Shown here one piece after another: positions 8,684 to 15,704 of a DNA stretch of 64,000 bases (its first letter is position 1; each line of letters begins with the position of its first letter). Made by a program: the position numbers and the translations under genes. The stretch is taken from contig CALVXU010000015.1 of NCBI GenBank assembly GCA_944371605.1, positions 9,686 to 73,685 of the forward strand, given 5' to 3'. This stretch comes from an uncultured Bacilli bacterium (GTDB taxonomy: Bacteria; Bacillota_I; Bacilli_A; RFN20; CAG-288). The notes under the pieces were generated by a model, which saw only the letters and a list, made by a program, of their open reading frames with translations, was not told where the DNA came from and did no database searches.

Positions 8684-8829
8684 TTTTGCTCCTTTCTATG
8701 ATGTAATAACTTCTTCGTAAGAATCTTATACAAATCACTCTCTTTGAAAAGAATGATCAGTATCCAAATAAATGTCGCTAATAAGATGACTAAAAGGATT
8801 GGTAAATAAATAATTGCAATCTGTATCAT
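8680..8829 (-). CDS. 49-aa single-pass membrane protein (unannotated small ORF)
   Basis: ATG at 8829 lies 5 nt after GGAG, inside the TTGGAGTGA end of the upstream gene. It translates to MIQIAIIYLPILLVILLATFIWILIILFKESDLYKILTKKLLHHRKEQK. Its TGA overlaps the ATG of the next gene as ATGA (8680-8683), and it fills the otherwise empty 148-nt gap. Confidence 0.5.
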   Translation of the reverse strand: MIQIAIIYLPILLVILLATFIWILIILFKESDLYKILTKKLLHHRKEQK

Positions 8830-8831
8830 GC

Positions 8832-9299
8832 TCACTCCAATTTAAAAACCAAAGCAAAGTCTAACGCTTTCCCCATCGCACTATTATCAGTTTCTAGTGG
8901 TAAAGAATAGGAAATAGAAACTTGCAATTCATCTTCGATAACTGTTTTCAATTTATTATCAGTCAAATCTTTTAGTAAACCATTGTATTCAATCTCATCA
9001 TCAAGTAAGATTTCAGCGTTCAAAAAAGGAAGCAACCCTTGTTCATCTTTATAAATGAACTCGATTATTAAATCACTAGTGATAGAAGTATTTTTAACAT
9101 CATAATCAAATGTTTCTACTTTGCCAGGCACCATTCCTGTCAAAGAAACATCTAAGGATGTCGTATCATCATTTGGATTCAGTTCAATACCAAAGAAATC
9201 CTTTTGGGCCACTCGATAAAGGGCATATCCAGATACCCCACCGATAACTAATATAACAATTGCTGCAGAAACTAATAATGCCTTAATTAATTTTGACAT
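8832..9299 (-). CDS. Small secreted/membrane-anchored protein, first gene of the SipW/TasA-like operon
   Basis: N-terminal TM/signal SKLIKALLVSAAIVILVIGGVSGYALY followed by a beta-rich domain. Its size and position resemble the other TasA-like genes but the motif match is weaker. I moved the start to the ATG at 9299, 6 nt after GAGGTG. Confidence 0.55.
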   Translation of the reverse strand: MSKLIKALLVSAAIVILVIGGVSGYALYRVAQKDFFGIELNPNDDTTSLDVSLTGMVPGKVETFDYDVKNTSITSDLIIEFIYKDEQGLLPFLNAEILLDDEIEYNGLLKDLTDNKLKTVIEDELQVSISYSLPLETDNSAMGKALDFALVFKLE

Positions 9300-9559
9300 T
9301 AATATCACCTCATCTTGTTATGTCAATATTTTATTGACCCTCCCCATTTAATCAATAGTGATGTCGTCAATTAGAACTTTAAATGCATAAATTGTCATTT
9401 CGAGCAATACGTCTATTGATTATTAAATAAATTTACGTTATAATTTAAATAATATAATTTAAGAATAAATATTATATTTTTTATCAAAAAAACGATATAT
9501 AAAATAGCTGCATCATGTTTGAACCAAGCAGCTGGTTATCTATCATCACAAATCTTTGC

Positions 9560-9565
9560 TATAAT
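9560..9565 (+). promoter_or_regulatory. Extended -10 element (TGcTATAAT) upstream of the small FakA-like gene
   Basis: tttGCTATAAT gives a perfect TATAAT at 9560-9565 preceded by TGc, 21 nt upstream of the ATG at 9587. There is no convincing -35. Confidence 0.4.
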
Positions 9566-9586
9566 ATGAAAAAAACGGAGGCACAT

Positions 9587-9838
9587 ATGCTCGAATATCG
9601 TTATGACACTCAATTGCTTATCAATGGTGAAAATTTAGATGAAGAAGCAATCAATGAATACTTCACCAAAAATTTCAAAGGCGATTGTCTTTTAGCAGTT
9701 GGCGATGATAGATTGATCAAAATCCACTACCACACCAATGAACCATGGAAAGTATTAGAATACTGCCGAAGCCTAGGCGAAATATATGATATTGTCGTCG
9801 AAGATATGGACAGACAATCTCGAGGTTTAAAAGGATAA
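9587..9838 (+). CDS. Stand-alone homolog of the central domain of FakA/YloV (DAK2-fusion protein)
   Basis: The start ATG follows ACGGAGG. The product MLEYRYDTQLLINGE...GDCLLAVGDDRLIKIHYHTNEPWKVLEYCRSLGEIYDIVVEDMDRQ is collinear with the segment FGYCTQFLMQL...GNSIVCVSDGDLVKVHIHTLRPGNILTYAQQFGEFKMIKIDNMSEQ of the fakA gene at 62688-64000 in this same window. Confidence 0.7.
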   Translation: MLEYRYDTQLLINGENLDEEAINEYFTKNFKGDCLLAVGDDRLIKIHYHTNEPWKVLEYCRSLGEIYDIVVEDMDRQSRGLKG

Positions 9839-9843
9839 AAAAT

Positions 9844-9879
9844 AGCTAGTGACTTTAGGTCAATCCATCACTAGCTTTT
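9844..9879 (+). terminator. Rho-independent terminator
   Basis: AGCTAGTGA (9844-9852) pairs with TCACTAGCT (9868-9876) and is followed by TTT. Confidence 0.55.
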
Positions 9880-9965
9880 GGAGGTGGCAATAACTGCCTG
9901 TATAGACAAAGAGCTGTTAACTACGGTTAATATTATAAATGTTTTTAAAATCAATGCAAGTTAAA

Positions 9966-11489
9966 TCATTTCGTTTTTGATATGACTTCATTGATTTTTT
10001 TAATCAGTAATTGAACCGCAGGTGTCGAAGATAAGTTTTTATTTGGCAAAGCCCCTAAATAATAACCCAGGTGTCCATCTAATGGTAAAAGTTTATCATC
10101 TGGATATATGATGTAAAGCGAATCTACCGCATTTCTGATCAATTTGTCATTTTTAGTTTTAAAAGCGAATTGCACATAATCATCGATCATATCATCTAGA
10201 TAGCTTATTTTCTTATCATCGATCACCATCGGTAAAACATTCTTGCTGCTTCGATATTTCATCTCTAGAACAAAGGCGTTGATAAACTGATCATTTTCGA
10301 ATAATTCGATTGTGAAGTCTGGCCTATTCTTTCGACTATTGATGGTCACTAACTCATCATTGACATCTTCGCGATAATTTTTGATTATTGCATCATAATT
10401 AACAACAGCTTTGTAAGTTCCCATCAAATAGATAAGCGGCTTCATGCCAGGATGAAAATCCTCTAATCTTATATCAGCACTTCCTTCCATTTGAAAACCA
10501 CATTCTGACAAGACAGCATTGATGATGACAAGACCATATAGTTCATATAGAACAGAGGTTCTTTTTCTTTGATACACTTTAACTGCTTCTTTATTTAATA
10601 AAGCCTTATTAAAATTGTTGACTAAATGATAATCAGTATTATAAGCATATGAATAATTCATTCTCGTTTCTTTAACATTATTAAAAAATGGTTTGTTTCT
10701 AAATTCACATAATCTATCCAATAATTTTCTCATTATAATAAGACACTCAGTATATTCATTTTGCATATATGAATCATTGATATATTCGATAGCATTCTTC
10801 ATAGAAATGATGATATTCCTCAAAGAGTGTTTTAAACGTCTGTTATAACCAGTATCATAAGATAAAACCTTTTTAACTGAATAATATCCTTTGCGACTAG
10901 AGAATCGATTGTTTAAACGCTCAGTCTTATAATCTTGAACAGCTTTGCTTTGTGAGAGATAGTATTTCTTGCAGATGATTTTATCTGGATTTCGTTCTAT
11001 ACGAGATATCGCCTTTTGAATCTTCAAATCATATTCATTCAATATTCTTTTCAATCTGAGCAAATAATCATTTTCAACCCGTGAAAAATTGATTGTCAAA
11101 TGCTTTTGAAATCGTTCTAAAGCGCTGACTAATTCCACTAGATTTTGTTCGTCTTTTATGTTGGTAACAACTGAAAAACTAGAGACTTTGTCTAACGTAG
11201 AAGTCTTTAATTCATATGTTCCCGGCAGATAATAAAGATTGGGATATTGTGATGAAGAAATCAAAAATTTATCACCTGGTTTTAATAACAGAAAACTATC
11301 TTTAGTTTGCTTAACTTCTTTATCAAAGAAAGTTTCTGCTTCTAATAGCAAGTCTTCATCCCCAGTATTAGAGACATAGACTTCTTCGGTATCAGCAAAG
11401 AGGTCATCTTGTTGAAATGGTAAAAGAAATGTTCGCTCAGATAGTACTCTATTCGGAAAAGAAAATGTGATTTTAGCGCAAGAAGCCAT
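9966..11489 (-). CDS. McrC-like PD-(D/E)xK nuclease subunit (DUF2357/DUF524-like)
   Basis: The C-terminal region has RPDFTIELFEN...AFVLEMKYRS, a D...E.K nuclease motif. There is a 17-nt overlap with the upstream McrB-like ATPase gene. The pairing and gene order match McrBC-type systems. Confidence 0.6.
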   Translation of the reverse strand: MASCAKITFSFPNRVLSERTFLLPFQQDDLFADTEEVYVSNTGDEDLLLEAETFFDKEVKQTKDSFLLLKPGDKFLISSSQYPNLYYLPGTYELKTSTLDKVSSFSVVTNIKDEQNLVELVSALERFQKHLTINFSRVENDYLLRLKRILNEYDLKIQKAISRIERNPDKIICKKYYLSQSKAVQDYKTERLNNRFSSRKGYYSVKKVLSYDTGYNRRLKHSLRNIIISMKNAIEYINDSYMQNEYTECLIIMRKLLDRLCEFRNKPFFNNVKETRMNYSYAYNTDYHLVNNFNKALLNKEAVKVYQRKRTSVLYELYGLVIINAVLSECGFQMEGSADIRLEDFHPGMKPLIYLMGTYKAVVNYDAIIKNYREDVNDELVTINSRKNRPDFTIELFENDQFINAFVLEMKYRSSKNVLPMVIDDKKISYLDDMIDDYVQFAFKTKNDKLIRNAVDSLYIIYPDDKLLPLDGHLGYYLGALPNKNLSSTPAVQLLIKKINEVISKTK

Positions 11490-13380
11490 AGGTTAAGAAT
11501 TCCTTCTTCTTATTGGCAATCTCTTTCATAGAGAGTTCAAAATCTGAAATATCACTATATTTTTTTAAAAAAGTAACCAATTCTCCTTCTTTAGCACTAT
11601 AACCTAATAATTCCTTTAGGCTATCACTTTCGCCTCTGATTCTTTCTAAAATAGTTTGCTTGAACGCATAGTCAAAAGCCTGTGAACCAGTGAAATTATC
11701 CGAGTGTTTTGCGCAATTCAAATAGATAGCAATATTTTTTATCGTTCGATAGGATATACCAAAATGATAATCTTTTTGTCTTAATAATTCGTCTAATTCA
11801 TCGAAAAAATCTAATTGCTTATCATCGAAGAAGTTCCAATAATTAAACGTGGTGAAGTCCCGGTCTCCAAGGAGAGTTTTTAGTTCTTGATTATTGCTAT
11901 AAGAGATTTTTTTGTTCTCTCCTTGTTCCAAGATATCTTTTTTTGCTTGTGCGAATTTAGCTTTTGATAGATGGATGATAAAAGAACGATCGATCAGTCT
12001 ATCAGAAAGACTAGTTGTTGTCTCATCGACATTAATAGTTCCGATAAAGATGATATTAGTTCCTAATTTGATGACTGGCGGATAACATTTGCCATTTAAA
12101 CATTTGTTTGGTTCAGTCGTGTCTTCTAGAGAATAAAGTCTCAAATACCTTTCATTTGGATCTCTTTCAAGCACTGATAAAAATGGTGCAAACCAATGTT
12201 CGACTTGAGCTAAGTTCATCTCTTCAAATAACACCAAATGCATCAATTCAGGATGATTGTTAGCATGGATAAGAAAGTCAGTAAAACCAGTTTGTGATGG
12301 ATGGTAAATATGGTCATTTGGACTATAATAGCCCAAAAGATCGGTAGGATCAGTATAGCTAGGATAAATCGGTAAAAACAAAAAAGTCTTATCTCGCTCT
12401 GTCAAATTAAAAAAGTGAGCATATTCTAATGGCAATCTTGTTTTCCCGGTTCCAGACATACCAGCTAAAATCGTCAAAGAACCGCTCTTGATGCAAGAAT
12501 GAAAATTATAAATATCACTCTTTGAGTAATGAAGATTAACTTGTTCTAAATGAGTGCTTAAATCATCTAAAATTTGTTCCTCTTTATCCATCATAGCTTT
12601 CTTAGCTAAGAGTTTTTCAGGATTTTCAGCTATAAAAGAACTACTATTCTGTGAGAAGCATTTGATGACCATCTCTTTTGAAAAAAATCTTCGAGTTTTT
12701 TTGCCAACAGAATAGAGGCCACCATTTTTCTCTAATTGATATGTGATAAATTTAGTCTCGATAATTTTATCGTCAGCTAATTTGACTGTTCGGTAATCGA
12801 CTTTTTGAAGCTCAACTTTAAGAAGCTTATTTCCACCATCCAAATAAACCGGCAAGTCAAAGTAATCATTATTCCAATCATCGATGATGATCGGCTGATG
12901 TTGTTTGAGTAGTTTTTCTTTATTAGGACTGATTTGTGGCAGTAAAAAGAAAGAAGTAAAACGCGAATTATCTAATTTTTCTAAAGTGATACGTGTATTT
13001 ATTTTCTTTGAAATAAGTATTTTATCATTAGAATTCATCAATTCATATTTAGGGATAAAAGCTACAAAAGCATCTTTAAGACTATTATAAATATAGTTAG
13101 CTCTTTCCTCCAAATCAGAATATCTGCTTTTGTTAGTTCCCAAACATTTCAAAATAAAATCATCATAGCAATAATAAAAGGATTCACTATCATTAGAAGT
13201 ACGATAACACAAATCATCGTTTTCTTTGATTAATAACGGTTCATCAGATAACGCAGAAAAATAAACGCTGACAGCTGGCACTTTGATATCATTTTTAATT
13301 TCTACTCTCACTAGCTTAGCCAAAATATGATATTGCTGCTTGTTCAATATCTCTATTTGTTCTTGTAAAGTTTCATTCAT
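11473..13380 (-). CDS. McrB-like AAA+ (AAA_5) NTPase with a long N-terminal domain of unknown specificity
   Basis: Walker A LAGMSGTGKTRL. Walker B and the McrB-type signature LVLFEEMNLAQVEHWFAPFLSVLE (compare DEiNRa...f..ll.llE). Downstream FIGTINVDETT and SDRLIDRSF (sensor/arginine region). Confidence 0.7.
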   Translation of the reverse strand: MNETLQEQIEILNKQQYHILAKLVRVEIKNDIKVPAVSVYFSALSDEPLLIKENDDLCYRTSNDSESFYYCYDDFILKCLGTNKSRYSDLEERANYIYNSLKDAFVAFIPKYELMNSNDKILISKKINTRITLEKLDNSRFTSFFLLPQISPNKEKLLKQHQPIIIDDWNNDYFDLPVYLDGGNKLLKVELQKVDYRTVKLADDKIIETKFITYQLEKNGGLYSVGKKTRRFFSKEMVIKCFSQNSSSFIAENPEKLLAKKAMMDKEEQILDDLSTHLEQVNLHYSKSDIYNFHSCIKSGSLTILAGMSGTGKTRLPLEYAHFFNLTERDKTFLFLPIYPSYTDPTDLLGYYSPNDHIYHPSQTGFTDFLIHANNHPELMHLVLFEEMNLAQVEHWFAPFLSVLERDPNERYLRLYSLEDTTEPNKCLNGKCYPPVIKLGTNIIFIGTINVDETTTSLSDRLIDRSFIIHLSKAKFAQAKKDILEQGENKKISYSNNQELKTLLGDRDFTTFNYWNFFDDKQLDFFDELDELLRQKDYHFGISYRTIKNIAIYLNCAKHSDNFTGSQAFDYAFKQTILERIRGESDSLKELLGYSAKEGELVTFLKKYSDISDFELSMKEIANKKKEFLTYGFLR

Positions 13381-14176
13381 AGTCTTCTTCCTCTAAACTA
13401 GCATATAGATAAATGGAGACTGCAATTTTTTTCATCTTTTCTACATTTTTATCAGCGACTGCTTCTTCGATTTTTTGTATCAAATCCTCTCTTTGAGGTT
13501 GCTTGATCTTAGAAGGGATATCATTCAAAAGTGTTCGTATTTTCTCTTTTAAATTTTCATATTTTGTCTTATATGAATTCAATTGATTAGTCAAATCATT
13601 AATCTTCTGATTGAGAGACGAATTGCTCTTTCTGAGCTCTTCTAGCTTTTTGCTGTCAGCCTCAGTGCTCGTCTCTTTGTTGCTTTCTTCACTGACTTCT
13701 TCTAATCCATCTTCTCGATGGATATAATCATTTTTAACTTTTAAGAAGTCTTCTTCAGAAACCGATAGACTGAAAAGTTTTTTAAGCAAAAATTTTATAT
13801 ACGGATGTGGTGTTTCTAAACGGTCGATATATTCGTACTTACCTTGATTACTAAGCTTAGCAAATTCTTGACCAGGCCTTTCTTTGCGCATTTTAGAGTT
13901 GATTTTATTAGCGAAGATTTCTAATACTTTATCTCTATTTTTAGCATTGGGATCAAATAATATATTTTCACAAAATGAAGTGGCTTTTTTTGAATTATCT
14001 TTTTTATTTTTGTCGATCGTTTCTTGATCTAATTTACAATATGGTATCTTTTTAAATTCTGGCAGTTTATAAAGTTTTCTTATAATACTTTTTAATTTTT
14101 CAATCCCTATATAGTCTGTTAAAGCTGACAAATCGTCTTTATCAAAATTTAATAAATTATCAATCTCTTGCGACAT
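13373..14176 (-). CDS. Hypothetical protein with C-terminal coiled coil, McrBC-like operon gene 2
   Basis: ORF with an 8-nt overlap onto the McrB-like gene. The C-terminal half is heptad-rich (KLEELRKSNSSLNQKINDLTNQLNSYKTKYENLKEKIRTL). I recognised no family. Confidence 0.5.
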   Translation of the reverse strand: MSQEIDNLLNFDKDDLSALTDYIGIEKLKSIIRKLYKLPEFKKIPYCKLDQETIDKNKKDNSKKATSFCENILFDPNAKNRDKVLEIFANKINSKMRKERPGQEFAKLSNQGKYEYIDRLETPHPYIKFLLKKLFSLSVSEEDFLKVKNDYIHREDGLEEVSEESNKETSTEADSKKLEELRKSNSSLNQKINDLTNQLNSYKTKYENLKEKIRTLLNDIPSKIKQPQREDLIQKIEEAVADKNVEKMKKIAVSIYLYASLEEEDYE

Positions 14177-14474
14177 CTTTAAATTCCTCCATTAAATCAT
14201 CTGAAAATACCTTAGTAGATATATATGGAACAGCATTGAATTCCTTGTCGATAAAAAAACATTCATCATTCATCTTTACAAAAAAAGATATGAATTTTCC
14301 TTTTGTCCATTGTGGTAATTTAAACTCAAAATCCTGTTTGACTTCATCATCAAATAAAAGCGATTCATCACATTTTAATATCACATGCAAACTAGGCAAC
14401 TCATTCAAACATGAATAATCTATTTGCGCTAATCCTTTAGTAATAGTAAAAATTCTTTTATTAAAATCATTCAC
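14160..14474 (-). CDS. Hypothetical small protein, McrBC-like operon gene 1
   Basis: GTG start 9 nt after GGAGGG, and a 17-nt overlap with the next gene. I recognised no family. Confidence 0.5.
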   Translation of the reverse strand: MNDFNKRIFTITKGLAQIDYSCLNELPSLHVILKCDESLLFDDEVKQDFEFKLPQWTKGKFISFFVKMNDECFFIDKEFNAVPYISTKVFSDDLMEEFKDVARD

Positions 14475-14497
14475 AATAAGAATCCCTCCATATAAAA

Positions 14498-14506
14498 ATT
14501 ATATCA
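14498..14506 (-). promoter_or_regulatory. Extended -10 promoter element (TGaTATAAT) for the McrBC-like operon
   Basis: The minus strand reads aagTGaTATAATttttatatGGAGGGattcttattGTG. The TATAAT is perfect with an upstream TG, about 24 nt before the start codon. The -35 is weak. Confidence 0.5.
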
Positions 14507-14590
14507 CTTGATTTCAGCTATAACTTAAATACAAACTCAGCTGAATATTCAAAATAATGGAAGATAAAGATTGAATAATTTAAGTAAAAA

Positions 14591-14619
14591 TGTTAAAAAA
14601 CAAATCTTTATGCTACAAT
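14591..14619 (+). promoter_or_regulatory. Promoter of the DUF2188-like gene
   Basis: TGTTAA (14591-14596), a 17-nt spacer, then TGcTACAAT (-10 at 14614-14619), followed by AGAGGTGA and ATG. Confidence 0.45.
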
Positions 14620-14638
14620 TAATAAAAGAGGTGATAAA

Positions 14639-14875
14639 ATGGCAGAAGTGATTGAGGAAGAAAAGAAAAGAGCAGCTAAAAAGATGTACCATATTGCCAA
14701 AAGAGAAGATGGCAAATGGCAAGTAAAGTTTGCTGGTGGAAGCAAAGCTATCAAATTATTTAATACTAAAGCTGAAGCTGTCGCTTATACTGAAAATATG
14801 GCTACTAATCAAGACGCTGGAGTTTTAATTCATCCTTCTAAAGGGAAAAATAAAGGAAGATTTAGTAACAAGTAG
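14639..14875 (+). CDS. DUF2188-like small protein
   Basis: YHIAKREDGKWQVKFAGGSKAIKLFNTKAEAVAYTENMATNQDAGVLIHPSKG follows the DUF2188 pattern (hV.p...gW.vk..g..ra...f.tk.eAi..A...A......l.iH...G). Confidence 0.65.
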   Translation: MAEVIEEEKKRAAKKMYHIAKREDGKWQVKFAGGSKAIKLFNTKAEAVAYTENMATNQDAGVLIHPSKGKNKGRFSNK

Positions 14876-14906
14876 TCATCATTATTTTAGCTTATCTATT
14901 GTACTT

Positions 14907-14946
14907 AAAAAGCCTGATCATCTTTTGAATGTATCAGGCTTTTTTA
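14907..14946 (+). terminator. Rho-independent terminator
   Basis: AGCCTGAT (14911-14918) pairs with ATCAGGCT (14933-14940) and is followed by TTTTT. Confidence 0.65.
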
Positions 14947-14972
14947 ATTGTTTTAAGATAAAGATTACTATC

Positions 14973-15012
14973 AATTCTTGAACTGATATCTTTTATCATC
15001 AGCTCAAGAATT
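14973..15012. terminator. 15-bp stem-loop between convergent genes (possible terminator)
   Basis: AATTCTTGAACTGAT (14973-14987) pairs with ATCAGCTCAAGAATT (14998-15012) at 14 of 15 positions. TT follows on the plus strand, and there is no T-run on the minus strand. Confidence 0.35.
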
Positions 15013-15038
15013 TTAGCATCATGCAATTAACAAATTCG

Positions 15039-15398
15039 TTATTGATCAAGTTTGACGACGACTGTTTCTTTCTTAGTATGTAATACATTATAAAGAATTG
15101 GGACAACAAAAAGAGTGCAGAAAGAAACGACAAGTTTAAATAAGACTAAACTAGCTGGTTTGAACATGTGCCATTTCTTTGTTCTAGTCTTTTTTTGTAA
15201 TGTGGCCTCATTTTCGGTTTTAGATTTAACTTTATAACCATTTCTTTCGTAAACATCAATAACACTTTCAAATTCTGCTAAGCTTTTTGTGACTTTAGTT
15301 GAACTAGACATATCATTATCCTCCGATATAAAAATTTTACTTGCATCCCCCCCCCAATTAAAGTCAATACTATTATTAAAAAACATCGAGTCACTCAT
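15039..15398 (-). CDS. Hypothetical protein with C-terminal TM helix; contains a G8 tract
   Basis: 119-aa ORF with a C-terminal hydrophobic segment ASLVLFKLVVSFCTLFVVPILY. Codons 14-17 (N-W-G-G-D) are encoded by aat-tgg-ggg-ggg-gat. I recognised no family. Confidence 0.45.
   Translation of the reverse strand: MSDSMFFNNSIDFNWGGDASKIFISEDNDMSSSTKVTKSLAEFESVIDVYERNGYKVKSKTENEATLQKKTRTKKWHMFKPASLVLFKLVVSFCTLFVVPILYNVLHTKKETVVVKLDQ
15347..15354 (-). repeat. G8 (C8 on the plus strand) homopolymer inside a coding sequence
   Basis: Direct reading gives ttgcatCCCCCCCCaatt at 15347-15354. Confidence 0.9.
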
Positions 15399-15704
15399 AT
15401 TTTGACTAATTCTATAAACTGCTTTTTAGTCATATAAAACACAAAAAATAAGCAAAAATTGTTGATAAATAACTGTGCATTTATATTCGTTTTAATTCTT
15501 GCTTTTATAAATTCAAAATATAATTGTCTATCATAATAAATGTAAGCAAATATAGATTAGCAGGTGAATAGATTTGGCTTTTCAGCACCGTCAATTCATA
15601 AACAGCAATTAATTTGAGCTATATGTTCTCATCACAAATACGCGATATCATTCAATATCTAAAAACTGCATTTATCACCGCTATAAATATCTCAATCAAA
15701 AGAA

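Noticed and set aside
15399-15704. A 300-nt gap after the ESCRT-like operon and a 265-nt gap before it (26257-26520), considered as possible ncRNA or riboswitch regions
   Set aside because: I could not find convincing conserved-looking helices, a terminator or a clean -35/-10 pair. A weak candidate, TTAATT-N18-TAATAT, lies about 25-55 nt upstream of 26256. This needs covariance-model searches or transcript data.
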